Below, in pieces: positions 48,520 to 62,261 of a stretch of DNA of 64,000 bases. This DNA comes from Bigelowiella natans CCMP2755 (taxonomy: Eukaryota; Protista; Cercozoa), in assembly GCA_000320545.1 (NCBI GenBank), contig ADNK01000090.1:28692-92691 (forward strand). The letters run 5' to 3'. The notes below the pieces were generated by a model. That model worked only from the letters and a program-made list of their open reading frames with translations. It ran no database searches and had not been told where the DNA came from. The stretch's first letter is position 1. Each line of letters starts with the position of its first letter. Made by a program: the position numbers and the translations under genes.

Positions 48520-51175
48520 CTCTAATCTCATTTTTCTGTTTATGATCTCTGCTCCGTAACTGATGCTCTGAGCGGAAAGCCCGGCCAGCGCCCCACCCAG
48601 CAGCTTGAAATGAATGGGGACCTTTCCGGTGTCCGGATCGAGCGGCATGTACCTCTGCGTGCGCACACGTGGAGATTCATACGAAGAGGAGGCCGAAGGT
48701 AGAGGAAATGGAAAGAAGAAGAAAGCGATGAAAGTGTGATTAATTTGTTGTGTTTTATGCTTGGAGTACAGCAAAGAGAAGGGAATATAACCACGACAGC
48801 ACTACACTATTTCACTTCATCCTCTCCGCCACCCCTCCCCCTTCCTCCTCCTTATGCGTACACAACCTACCAGTAGCATTGTGTTGAAAGTCATTTGGAA
48901 GCCGACATACGGGGTGCCCGCGATTAAGCTAATAGGATATCCGTTGTACCTAGAAGTTTGGCCGGTAAGAAACGAATGACTGTCAAACCGAAGCAGATCT
49001 TGCATCCACCACGGTTTTTGGTAATAATTTCATAACCGCCAGCGACGTAGGAAAGCTCGCACGACGTCGAGCTCTTTCTATCGCGTTCTTGTTACTTTCT
49101 CTGAAGAATCTCCACCCACCCAACCCCACCTCTCTCATTCACCCACAGGCATCAGGGCCTGGGTGGAAACTACTTACAATGCAAGCCAGCCTTCCTTTCG
49201 CACTGTTTGGACCGCACAGTCCAGCATGCCTATGCGTCATCACCCATCATTTCACAAGCCCATCAGTAAATGACTCGTTTAAAGATGGGGAGAGAGGAGG
49301 GGAGGGTAAGGGGGGGGGCTACTATGTTTCGCCGGGCGACACGCATCCTAAATCTAAATTTGCAGCGTTCACTATTCGTTTTGTGTTATTTATATCCATA
49401 GCTCAGTCCCTCTGGTCCCCTCGGCTTTATATCCCCCCCCCCCCCCCCCTCCCCTTGTTGGCCACTCACCGCTGTAGTGGTTCCCGAACGCTGCCGACAT
49501 GGACGTCCTGGCGCGAATGACCTGCGATGACAAAATGGCATTTCTGATAAAACGACCACGGACAAACATCTCCCGAATTCCTCGTCAAGGCGCAGCCGCG
49601 TTCACTCGTGTCCCCGGTCTACGAAAGGACTGATCGAAGCAATGGAAATCTAGCGGTCCTCCACCTCGAGGGGTAGGTCATCGTCAGCTGGAAAGAACCC
49701 GCCAGCGAACCTGAGAGTAAATGCGAGTGCGTGGCGTATCACCACAACAGCATCTGCGCGTTCTGCTCTGATCACAGTTATTTCCAGATTTCAAGGTTCG
49801 TGCGCGTGTGGCATGCATTACCCGCAATCATAAGCTGATTAAAGCCTAGCTGTTTTTGTCCTGGTTTGCGAACGAGTTCCTGCGATGAAAGAAGAGAAGA
49901 CACGAGTGGACGATTATTAGTCTGTGCATCGTCTAGGTAGTGGACAATAGAGTCATCGTATCCTCGATCCAGCTGAGTCGTCTACGTGCGTGCGCGCTGA
50001 GAAACGGTGAGGATTGCACTGCTGTGGCCCACCTTGAAGGTGTCGTTGAACATGAACTTCAGAGCATAATTCGGCATAACCTGAATATTGTATAACAACA
50101 CGACGAGGCAACGGGACGTTTTTGGTGTGCACAGAAGGTTTTACGGGTATATTTGTGTGAGTGATTGTGTGTGTGTGTGTGTGTGTGTGTGTTAATGAAT
50201 ACCCGTAGACAGTTAGCCGCATTTCCGTGGTAAAATCCCATGATTCCATTTTCATGGTAAATAGTACGTATCGCGCCTGCAACACACATAAGTTGCTATC
50301 CTTAGGTTTGCTGTTATTGCCCTATTAACTCTCCGCCATTTCCTCCCCACCTAAGTTGATCTCTCACACCAAAAAGGATGCACATTGGGGAGGAGACAGA
50401 CATATTGTTGCATGGTGTAGACGTAGCGCATCTACGCGCCTTCCGAATTTTAGCTAACGACTCATACATGTCGCCCAACGGTATAAAATAGATCTGCATG
50501 GCAAAAACGTTCAACAGATATTTTTTTATTTTGAGCGAAGAGAATGACACCCGTGATGGTTCGTCCGTAGTGATTTGTTTCGCCTTTCATCATTCCTTGG
50601 ACCTGCCAGCCGATTAGTCAATTCGTATGTTTGGCGAAGACGACGAAAAGAAGTGATGAGCTTATGAACCTGGAAGAGAATCTTGATTCGCTCTAGGGGC
50701 GCAATGCAGGTCTTCGTCACCAGGCCGGCTCTGAGGAAAACAACGCGCCAATGAGATCAATTTGAGATATCTTTGTCGATCGGTCTTTTGGTCGATCAGC
50801 ATGAAAGAGGAAACAAACAGGGATATACTAGTATGAATACCGAAAACTGAAGAATCAACGCAAAAGAGAACGAAATCTCCAAATCATTGTGGATGATGGT
50901 ATGCAATCATTGGTTCCTTACCCCGCTCCGCACACCATCTTCAATATTGCATTTTCTCCAGCGGTTTTTGGACTGTCCCTCCTTATAAAATTACAGATGC
51001 TGTCATGGCGGAGCTGGATTTACAGGTATGGATCTTATTTGAAAAGGATTCGCGAACAAATTCTTATCGGCATTCGAAAGATATTCGTTTTCATCGGATG
51101 CTGCTTTCACACACAAAAATGAGTGGAAGTCGCTAACCATACTCTCCAGCTCTTGTTAGCGTCTAGTGCGGACAT
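47651..51175 (-). CDS. Mitochondrial carrier family protein (SLC25A16/A42, Leu5, ADNT1-like CoA/adenine nucleotide carrier clade)
   Basis: Three carrier repeats: CGAGAGLVTKTCIAPLERIKILFQ..GFYHGNAANCLR|VMPNYALKF; GSLAG..TYPLE|VIRAR..KEGWLAL|YNG..PYVGFQM; GGALAGLSAQS..YPGDTMRRRMQV..EGVMGLYRGIGANALR|CIPGAAIQFTAYD. Confidence 0.9.
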
Positions 51176-52106
51176 TGGAATGAATGATAATGATGGTGGG
51201 AAAGGTGGGGAGCAGGGGAAGGCGCCGTCGGTGAGAGCCTGCCCTGGATACGTTTACACGTGGGCTGGGTAAGATTAGTCGAAAGTTCTCAAAGTGTCAA
51301 ACCAGGATTAAATCCCCCAAATTTTGGTTCTGCGCCATAGCTCAATCGGCGAAATTAAGAAATAACAGTTTTAAAAGTAACGTAAGGTGAGTCAAATATG
51401 TGAAAATAATCTCCATGTCTGAAGCGCAGGAAAATTGGGCTGTCGCTTGGCCAACAAACATCACCGATTTGACTATGAAATGTCGACCATCAGTTTTCCA
51501 TGTACCGGTAATCCCAAACAACGACCTTACCTGCCAAACAAAAGAACAAACCTATTCAGATATTGACGGGATAGAATTTAAACCAGTGACAGGGCGAGTT
51601 CTTCCAGAATACTGCGATATACGAGCACGGGATGCTACCAGCGAGGGTATCATTGAACATGTTTTTCCAATAATTGCCTTGTCGCAGGGCCCAAACCCTG
51701 CATGTTCTCGCAGGATCTTCATCCTGTTCATTTTTCAAGGAGACCCGCTCTCAAACATCACGTGAGCACGCGAGCCGTTTCGGGGATTTCGGGATTTGTT
51801 CCCCCCTTTTTTATCTTAAGACACATAAATTGTGATGTCTTCCCGGTGTTATTGGACCCCTTTCCTGTGGATTTTTTCCCGAGTTGGGTAAATGAGCAGC
51901 ACCTTTCCGAGGACTCACTATTGGAGGGTGCTGATCGATCGGAAGGAAGCCCCCCGCCATCACGCTCCCAAACTCCCTCTTCTGTGCAAAAGTGCGATCT
52001 CTGCTACCCAGACTGAAAGCGGAGAAAGGACATTCCGGTGGATTTCACGAGGGACGCAAGCTATATAGGTTGCCGAAGAAAGAGATCCCGACGGATAATT
52101 CCATAG

Positions 52107-54867
52107 CTCCATCCTCGGACGCCTTCATTGCCAATCATGTCTCCCATGTTTTTCGCAGTCATGGTAGGCCGAGTGCCCCGAAAACCTACGATAAAAAAAA
52201 ACCCTCGCAAACATGAATCAAAGAATAAATTATATACCTCTCGCCATGCAATCCTTGGTAACTACTACAAAGGTGCTGGCATTCGTGGCTATTTTCGTGG
52301 CCTCTGGTGTTGGGATGGGCGGAGGAGGTATTCTTGTGCCCATGTACACGATCCTCCTTGCTTTTCCCTCCAAGGTAGCCAAACCGGTGATGGCAATGTA
52401 ACGAAGGGAGTGAGAGGGGTGGAGAGAAGAAAGGCCTCAAATCATGTACTCCAAGCAGTAGGAGACATTTCCCTTTACTTCGTGTTGTTTGGTTGTTGTA
52501 GAGCGCTGTGGCTCTATCGAATATCACCATATTTGGTGGCTCGATCGTGAACGTTGCTATTTACTTCCGGAGGAAGCATCCTTTGGTACGGTGACCATTT
52601 TCCTGCGAAATCATGATAATAGAGGCAAAAGTATACGAGTATTTATGACGAATACCGCTTAGGCTGACCGCCCGCTGATAGACTGGGATTTGATTATGGG
52701 TAAAATTATCAGAAAGACATATTCTACCCGAATATATACTTCTTGGGATATGTTATCGTGTTTTCGTGTGGGTGTGCCCCTCCAGTGCCTCACTGCCTCT
52801 ACTTCCACCTCTCCATTTCTATATCTCCCTCCCTCCCTCCCTCCCTCCATCTCTGAATGTGTATCTTGAAAATAAAATTCACAGTGATGGAGCCTGTGAC
52901 CATTCTCGGAGCTCTGGCTGGAAGTTTCATCAACAAATTACTGCCAGGTCCAAAGATAAACACGCACACTTTGGACGAAGAGATGGGGAGTGATACGAAC
53001 CAAGTGAGATTGTACGGGTGTCCATGCGACCAATGAACCACCAAACGAAGTCCGATAAGGAAAACAAGGAGAAAAATGTGCTTTTCTCCTGTTAAGTGGT
53101 CATAGCTATTGCTACTTCTACTGTTGTTTTCTTCAGGGTGGTTGACGTCCATCTTCCTGGTAATTGTTTTGACCATAACTACCTACCGTCTATTGAAGAA
53201 AGCCATCAAGCTCTATCAAAAGGAATCCACGGTGCGACCACCCTCGTTGCAGCATTTCTCTTTTCGATCCTGGGAGAATGTTAAACGGAACCTCTATCCC
53301 TCTCTTTCTCTCTCTCCCTGCTCTTTCCCCTCCCCTTTTCTCCATCAAACACTTTTCTCTTTGTTACTCTTTTCTTCCTCTTTTTGCCTGGAAGGATATG
53401 GAGGGTACACTGGAGGCGACTGTAGAGGAGGGGGTGAGTGATCTCGTCCTCAACGATGATATGGATGCTGATTTCAAGGAAGGTGAGCATTGCCAGTGCT
53501 ACGGTTGTAATTAAAGTGCAGTTTACTTATACATGCAGTTTCATCTATTTTAGCTGCGTCCACTATGAAAAATGCATGCCCAGAAAAAGATCTAGGATGG
53601 GGGAAAGGGGTGGAGGGGGACGGAGAGAAGTTGGAGATTGGCATTTATTCATGTTTTCAGTGCATATATGTGCTCTCATTGCGATTTAGACGATGGTATG
53701 AGCTTGAGACCTGACTCACCGAATATCAAGGTATTGTTACATTGTTCCTAGCAATGGCTGACTTATGGAGAAACACTTTGTGCATCAAAGCAAACAAAAA
53801 GTGAAATGGCTGCTTATGAAGAAAAGTGTCTAATCTTTCTCTTCGTGTGTATCCCCCCCCCCCCCCCCCCCCTCTATCACTCTCGCAACTCGTAGAGGGA
53901 ACTGGGGGCCCAATCTTCGTACTCGCCTCTCAGCTTTTTTGCCCGTCTCTTCTCACCCAGGGTTGCCAGAACATATTTGCTTTATTTTTCATACGTTTGC
54001 CTTCGCGCTATGTTCGTATTCGTAGTTTTTACCGCATAATCGTATGCTGTGAGGCCGATTAGGAAAATTCAGCTGCCCCCCTCCCCCCTCACCTCACCAT
54101 CGTAACCTTTCCCATCACAATCAGCCTCACGGCCCAGCGGGCGAGGACGAGGAGGTGCTGGAGCTGCGGGGGAGGGAAGAGCTAGGTTTGACCCCTAATT
54201 CCAATTTCACCATCGATGTTAGCGATGATAATGATGATGATAATGATGATGATGAAGTTGGAGAACAACGAGTAACGTAGTATGGTGTTGTATCACCTCC
54301 TCATTTGCCGATGCAACATCTCCTCCATGGCCGCAAATCAGGGGCACCCAGCGCACAGTCTGAGACGAAGGCGGCTATGGCGCAATTAACCGCGACCGTG
54401 GACACGGAGATCCGAGAGATCTCGGCAGCCATGGGGGGAGACGACCGCGAGGAAGCGAATACAGATATTGCTGCCGCAACTGGCGACGAAGGCGATGGGG
54501 CGGACGTTGGTAGCGGGTGCACGGATGAGGAGAAGAAAGAAGCAGCAGCAGCCAATAATGAAGATGCGAAAGTGGGGATTACTGGCCACATCAGCAGCAG
54601 TAGAGGCAGCAGAAGTAAGAGGCCCCTCCCTGCACAGGCACAAGGTCAGCCTTTTGCCACACATTCAAGAGAAGAGAGGGAGAGGAAGAGGGGGAAAGTT
54701 GAAGCACAACCACACGCAAGCCCTACTCACCATATTTCTTAAGTAATAAAGCAACACCTGCTGTGCACCCTACCACATTTGACTGCTTTTTTCATTTCTC
54801 TGCCATAGATCACGAGAATCTGGTGGCTATTTTGGCCAAAGAAAGCGAGTTGCCTCCCTGGTGGAAG

Positions 54868-54910
<43 letters not shown>

Positions 54911-55456
54911 ATTGTGTGTGCTTGCGTCGGAAGTCCCCCTGCCTCCTACTCGCACTACTGCTACACAACACTACTACTATTACTATAGGTCGGCGCTGTG
55001 ACAGCAATATTTGCCTGCGTGTTGGTTCTTACCATTTCGCGCGGGTTTGTGGAGTGCGGATCAGCCGGTGAGGATGGAAATTTTATCAACACATAAAGTA
55101 CATGATGGGAGCAGCACCACCACCACCATCACCACCGCCAGCAGTAGCATATACTAGGTGGCTTCCTCCTTCTGTACCTCGCCAGATACTTTTGCGCTGA
55201 CGTATTTTTCATCATCGTCGCTGTATTTTCCATCATCGTCGCTGTAGCAGCAAACAACCTCTCTATCATCAGGTTTCTTTCTCCTCGTTTTCCTCAACCT
55301 ACCGATCGTGGTCATGCGTTTTTCGTATGTGCACACCGCTTGATTTGACCTTCGTCGATCATCGATCACTTGCTGCCATTCTCCCTTCCTCTTCTCTGTC
55401 CTCGGAGTGATATGGTGCCGAGAAAAGAGGATGCTTTATCTCATATCTCTATTTCT

Positions 55457-55500
<44 letters not shown>

Positions 55501-55818
55501 CGCTCACCTACGCATAATCAAACACAGGGAATAGCCATGTATATCTTGAGGAAGTACCTAATCAAGCAACACCGACTCAAACAAGCATGCGGTTTGTACC
55601 CCCCACCCCTCCTCCCGCCTGATGATAGTGCTTCTAAAGGTTACTACCGAGGAATAAATCATGATTGAATGCACCTAATTCAGGTATGACTACATCGATG
55701 GCGATGTTAGATGGGATGAAAGAGCCACGGTGAGTGGTGAAGAGGAGGGTTCATCGTGGGATTATCAAACGCAACAAAAAACGATTGATCTTCATAGGGT
55801 CGGTTGGTGTGAAGGCAA

Positions 55819-55857
<39 letters not shown>

Positions 55858-57127
55858 CATGTTTTTGGTGCATTATTTAAAAACGGTATATGAAATGACA
55901 TGAGAGTCTTGTTTCCAACCAACAGGTGCTTTATCCTGCTATATGCGCTGTGGCAGGGATTTTTGCCGGTAAGTACTCTACCTTACATCAACACACACTC
56001 AATATATATATGTACGCATATACATATGCTCATGCTTCTCCTCATCCAATATCTATCTGCCATTGATTGACAGGCATGTTCGGGATCGGGGGGGGGATCA
56101 TAAAGCAGCCGCTTATGCTCGAGATGAGCATTTTGCCTGGTTGGTGTTCTTGCCCTTAATTACAACGGTTCCTTCCGTCTGTTGTTATCTACTGTCTACT
56201 GTGTTCGAGGGATGGGTCTCAGAAATCAACACCTTTCACATCGAGCATATAACCGGCCGCGCTTTTGATTTTCAAAAATGTTATAATCATCGTCGTCATC
56301 GTCGTCGGTGTCGGTGTCGATGTCGATGGCGCTATCACCACCATCCTCAACACCAACCTTGATAACGACAGAAGTGGCGGTGGCGACCTCATGCACGATG
56401 ATCTTCTTCACCACTGGCGCAGCTACCGTCAGCTACCTTACCTTCGGTACATCAGGATGTTGTTTTCATCATTATCGTCACCGCCATCGCCATCGCCATC
56501 GCCATCGCCGTTCCATTGAGCGGATGTTGCGTTTTCCCGTTCCATTGAGCGGATGTTGCGTTTTCCCAGCCGAAAACTCGATTCGGCGTTGGAGGCGGTG
56601 TCGATAGCGCAGAGCACGTTTCACCAAGTTGTTGTTGCGGCATATAGGGCTCCTCACGCTGGATAACGGAGTACCATTCTTTATCGTCGGCTTTCTCGCA
56701 ACCATTGGAGGGAACAACATAATGAGGTAGATACCATTTCTTCAACGAACTTCTTATCGGCGCCGATCACATTCCGTACGTCCACTCTCCCCCCCCCCCC
56801 CCCCCACTTGCAATATTCGCAGGTTGGTCCTGAGCAAGCTGAACCGGAAATCACTCATCTTGTTTGCCGTCGCCGGAATCATCGCTCTGAGCACGGTTGT
56901 AGGATATTCGCGCGCAATATCTGAATCTCGTCCTTGTGGAGTGAAAGCAGCAAAAAAGGATGCAATTTGTCGTTTTTCTTATTTCCTTGCAGTCTTTGTT
57001 ACTTGCCTCACAAGTCATCCTAATTCTTGATTTATCCGCCTGTTAGTTGCTCATGACGATCGCATCAGTACGTGCGACACTAACCGGCAAGACGCACATT
57101 TCTCTCTGCAGTAGCACTGCCGAGTAA
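52107..57127 (+). CDS. TauE/SafE (sulfite exporter family) membrane protein, plant/protist type; 5' end unresolved
   Basis: GVGMGGGGILVPM, ALSNITIFGGSIVN..RKHPL|ADRPLIDWDL, MEPVTILGALAGSFINKLLP, a long acidic loop, YIDGDVRW, GIFAG|MFGIGGGIIKQPLMLEM, EVAVATSCTMIFF, RKSLILF, ending ISLCSSTAE*. Confidence 0.88.
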
Positions 57128-57764
57128 ATGCGCTTATTAGGTACGGTTCGCCCGGAGACACACATGCACGCTGCCTCGAATGCATGTTTCCTCGATATAA
57201 TAGGCTTACGCCCAGCATGCAGAGGATAAGATTAGTATCAAATTGTTTGCTTAGGCAACCATCAGCAGACTCACGAATATCTAGACATATAGGCACAAGA
57301 ACGACTAGACGAGTATTAAACATGATGGCAGGTATATGTCGCTCTTGCCAGTATGTAAATCGGTGACGAAGCTTATAGATCTCGAGCAAGGGTGACGCAT
57401 TTGTGTACAGCATGCGGTGCTTGTGTATTGTGTACCACGGTACATGCGATGCACATGTATGTCATACAATCACCTACTACTAGATATATCTAGATACGCC
57501 GTGCGGACGACAAAATATCTACAACACGCACAGCATAGTGCCCAACAAAAAGGAATATAACTCATGCCACATCATGCCCTTAGTCGCGTGGGAAGTTCCA
57601 CGCCTAGTTAATTAGACGCTGCTGCCTAACCGTACATAGCGTCGATCTACATGCGTCTAGCTAGTGCGTGTACAGCTATGCACGGAGCATGTACGTAGCA
57701 GTAGCTAGCCAGCATCATCGCATGCACATATGGATTTGTCTCTGATATGCAAAGGAAATAATCA

Positions 57765-58511
57765 TCATTCTAACATGAATATCCGAGAAGCTACGTCGGA
57801 TACTATCCAATCAACACCCTTAGCAAGACCCTCGCCTGTTACCGCACTGCATTTCTGTACCTTATGATGTCTAGATTTCATTTCTTTTAATTCTAATATT
57901 TTGGTGATTTGATCCGGAGACAGGGCCTTGGGAAGGTCTTGCTTGTTAGTGAATATCAGTAGCGAGGCTCCTGCTAGGCGCTGAAAACGAGAAAGATAAG
58001 TACGGTTTGCGTTGGACGGGAACCAGAGATATATTTATTTACCTCTTCTTTAAGAAGGGCGTGGAGTTCCTTCTTGCAGTCTAATAACCTCTGGGCATCG
58101 ACACTTTTAATAGAGCAAAGGGTTTTTATATGGATAATGCGATGCAGTGAAAAGCGTTCACGTACCTGTCTACAACCCAGATGATCCCGTCCGTTTTCTC
58201 GAAGTAGTTACGCCAGTATGAGCGAATCGTCTGCTGCCCGCCAACATCCCATATATTCAAGGTGTATTCGTTATAATGCAGAGTCTTGATGTTAAACCCA
58301 AGGGTCGGGCTTATTGTTTTAATGTCCTCCCCGCAAAACTTTTTCACGATCGTCGTCTTCCCAGCATTGTCGAGCCCAAGAATCAGGATTCGAATTTCCT
58401 GACCATGAAAGTTTGTTAAAGGTGCCTGATATTCTGTTGACTGTAATGTAAGGGAAAGCCGCGTACCTTCTCGCGCTGTTTTATCTTCCTGATGATCTTT
58501 AGGAGTCCCAT
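57765..58511 (-). CDS. ARL2: ADP-ribosylation factor-like GTPase 2
   Basis: [15 protein letters not shown]|[106 protein letters not shown]. Confidence 0.95.
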
Positions 58512-58970
58512 CGCTCCTGGCGGGAGGCGTTATGTGCTTTGTTGTGAGTGTCAGCGGATCCAGCTAAGTTCAGAATAAATGAAAGGGCTCTGTTTCATCG
58601 AATATATTCATACTATTAGTAAAATAATTTAGCGACAATAGATTTTTGTCATTTTTTCTAGATTTTTACAAAATAATCTAATACATCAAAAAAAAGGTAA
58701 ACCGGTTCGCTCTTAGAATATCGGTTTCGTACACGATCTTGGTTCAAGGGCTGGAACATGAATCATACCAAGAATATCCTCCACATTTCCCTACTTTTCT
58801 CATGAAAGATCACTGAGCGAAGCTATTCATCAAAAAACTCTTCGATCTTCTGAAAGAAAGATTAACATGTTTCTGGTGTTAATTATTGACTTATTTTTTG
58901 AAACGTCAATTCTCACGTACTGATCTCAACTGAGAGACCAGCTGGACAGCGACCACTCCCAGCGCGCACC

Positions 58971-61900
58971 ATGCTGAAGGGGAGATTCAGGGTCAACTAT
59001 GGGGTGAGTGACTCCTTGCGTGCGCATGCAAGCGCAAGATACGTCCTGACTTAGTAATTGATAGTCTCCACTTGAACTGTCTACTCACGTAGGGGCGGGT
59101 AAAGAAGGTGAAGGTGGACTTCGAAGGTAACGAAGATGATCATCGGAGCATGCCTATGTGACTCCTTGTGAGGGAATTCCTAACATAAACTGATGGCCAG
59201 GCGAGGGACTGTTGGACAGGTTCCAGGAATATTTAGCCGAAAAGTTCAGAATTCGAGGTTTGAAAGTTGAATGAGCAAAATGATGTCATCTGACATTGGC
59301 CTTTCACCCCAATCAGGCAAAGCTATACACTTGGAATATGAGGTTTAGAACGTGCTTAGCATTCCTGATTCAGACCTATTCTGCGAGCGTATTGGTTAAA
59401 ATCGACAGAGTGCTGTCTGCGATGATGACTCTATGATCCATGCAGGATTCGAGCGGAGAGCTGATCTTGATCGACCATGACGATGAGTTGAAAGGTAGTG
59501 GTAGTAATGATGCGGACATTAAACAATGTCACCGCTGACAGCAAAATGCTGGATTTAACGAGTGCTGTGTGGCGCTGTGCTCTCGTGCCGGTACACGTTC
59601 CCATTCTTCCCTTTCAATGAAACAACAGAGGCATTGGCGGAGATGAAAAATGCTGGCCAAGAAATCCAATTTGTGATATCGAACGTAAGATAATGAGTTG
59701 AAAATGTCTCTGATATGAAATAATGAAGAAAATCAACGATACCGCCGATTCGATTTCCTCACTGTGCTTCGCATGTGCTTATCTCCCGCAGAAAGAAACC
59801 TACAGTGATATGGAGGAAGACGAAGGTATTTCCCATGCGCACTCAGGATGTAGTGTATGTAACATCTGCAAGCATTATTCCGTCGATGTTTTATGCAAGA
59901 GAATTCATCATCATGTTCTTTCTTTTCGAAGCCGAGGAAAAGTATGCTGCGGATACGCAGAGACACCGACATGGTAAGTTCGCGCGTTACGCTCATTCCA
60001 ACCATTTGCCTGATGCGAGACGGGAAACGTCGATAATACATCATTTGCGACACGACGGGCCGTGGCATAAGATAACGACCATAGAAGTGTTCATCACACA
60101 CAAAGATATTTTCACAGACTTTGAGCAATTCTTTCTAAATCTACTCGCAGTTGAGGGCAGTGCAGGGGGAGACGGATACGTGATGGCCCGTGGTACTTAC
60201 CAGAGATTTGAAAAATAATATCGAAGTATTGACCTAGAATCGGTGAATACTGTGGTCACAAGAATAGAAACGATCGTTTTTTTTAAAAGTCATCAGAATA
60301 CCCCGTTTTCAGCCAAAAAACACGCCCTTTTCTGCACGTTCAGAAGGGGGGCACGAGCACCGCAGCTTCCACACGCACGAAAACGAACGAATCTTAATTA
60401 TTTCAGGCAACAATGCCGCCTTATTAAACCCTGTGGCGCAGGTGAATGAAACGACTACGACGATAGCAACCGCACTGATGATGGTTGCAGTGATGTTGGT
60501 GATGCATGACAGCTCTAATGTTTCCAGAGGTCCTGCTCAGCCTCATTCTAGCTCGGTTTTTGAAATCTGTTTTGGCGACGATGATGTTTGAACAACAGCA
60601 TGAAGGCGCTGATGGGCTGGAATCGGTCGATGCTATGCTCCTGTCCTTCCCGCAACCTGTTCGGGTCAGAACCACACGATCCCCAAAACAGTTGTTATCG
60701 AGGAAGTAGCGAGGGTGTGCTGATAATCTCTCAGTGACACTTCAGAAGTGCTTTTTAAGTTCCAACCCCCACCCTCCCCCCCATCCCCATCCCCATGCTC
60801 CTTGTTTTCCCGTTTTTGGTTCCTTTCTTTTTGTGATCATCGTCGGGAACACCCCACTTTGGATTAAAAAACAACGCGTCATATTTCGAGCGCACGCCCG
60901 GCATTCTTGACCCGCCTCTGCAAACTTCTGCGGTAATACGTTGAGGAGACTCTGATTGTCCCTCCCCCCCCCCCCCCTTCCTGTGTCGATCGAAAACAAC
61001 ACGACGCAACGAAATAGAGAGGTGCTCGTCAGTGCAAGAGATTCGCCTGGAGGCGCCGAGCCATGCCACGCGACGTGAAGCTACTGACGGCCTTGTCTTG
61101 TTGCTGCGGGGGCCAAAATCACTGAAAATCCTCTGCGAGATTGGGGATTGCCAAATCTATTTCCCCCCCGCACACATGCGGCACAAATCGCGGATTCCGT
61201 CGTTTATCGCACATTCTCTCGGAGCACACTAACTTCCCCCCCTCCTTCGCAGACGACATGCCTTCCAACTGCGGAATATGCTGGAAGAATACTACTGGGT
61301 AAGTCACAGCCGATTACGGGGAGGAGGAAGCAATAGAGCGAAGGATATGCGGTTAAAACACGCATGTGTGCCTAATATGCGCATAGTGTTTTAAGAGTGA
61401 TGGTTTTCTTTACTTCGTCCTCCTCCTCTATTCCAACAAATATCCTCAGGGGAAACGGGCACTTTGGGAGTCTATGTACCCTAGAGCGACGGAGGCGGTA
61501 TTATTGCTAGCAATATTAGCACCAGCAGCCATTTGCAGTGCTATGTGAAAGCATGTGAGAGAGAAGAAAGAGAGAGAAGAGAGAGAGAGGGAGAGGGGGA
61601 GAGGGTTCTTAGTTGTGTATCCCCCCTCGCAATAAAATTAACGATTATTACAGACATATGCGAAGGGCATGGAAGCCCTCTCAGACGCCCTCGCCAGGAA
61701 GATTGTGCATCAGGTCTTTATAATGATGGTGATGATGATGATGATGATCATGGTTGCGCACAGGTGTAGATGCAATTATTATTATTATTATTATTATTGT
61801 TATTATTATTATTATTGTTATTATTATTATCGGACATTGCACATTAATGACGTGGCTTTCGATAGAATTCTCCTCATCATCGTCGTCGTCGTTAATATAA

Positions 61901-62226
61901 TCACATTTTTTTCAGAGAGACTTCGTGATGGGGTTCTTTGGATCTTCCGTCGTCGCCGCCCAGGACAACTGCTTTCACTACGCGTAATAGGATGTTTGCG
62001 GAGAGGAAGAGAGAAGGGGTGTAAGGGGGGGGGGGTCGGAGAAGATGGGGTGCGGAGATACAGTGAATCATCACATGTGATGATTAAAAATTGTCAGGTA
62101 TCCTCTGCAGCTCCGAAGGACTTTGTTGCCCCTTTTTGAGGCCGCCGGGGGTATATTTTCACATCATCATGGGGATATATAGCGGCGCGGTTCTACGAGA
62201 CTCCGCAAACTCTACTGTCGCAGAGC

Positions 62227-62261
<35 letters not shown>

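Noticed and set aside
51332-51350. gcgccatagctcaatcggc resembles a tRNA D-arm / A-box
   Set aside because: No anticodon arm, T-arm (GTTCRA) or acceptor-stem partner follows.
51400-52016. ORFs between the carrier and TauE genes
   Set aside because: No motifs; may include unresolved 5' exons of the TauE gene but cannot be placed confidently.
56508-56565. Perfect 29-bp tandem duplication in a TauE intron (a 17-bp one also occurs at ~45221-45254)
   Set aside because: Two-copy local slippage duplications with no sign of function.
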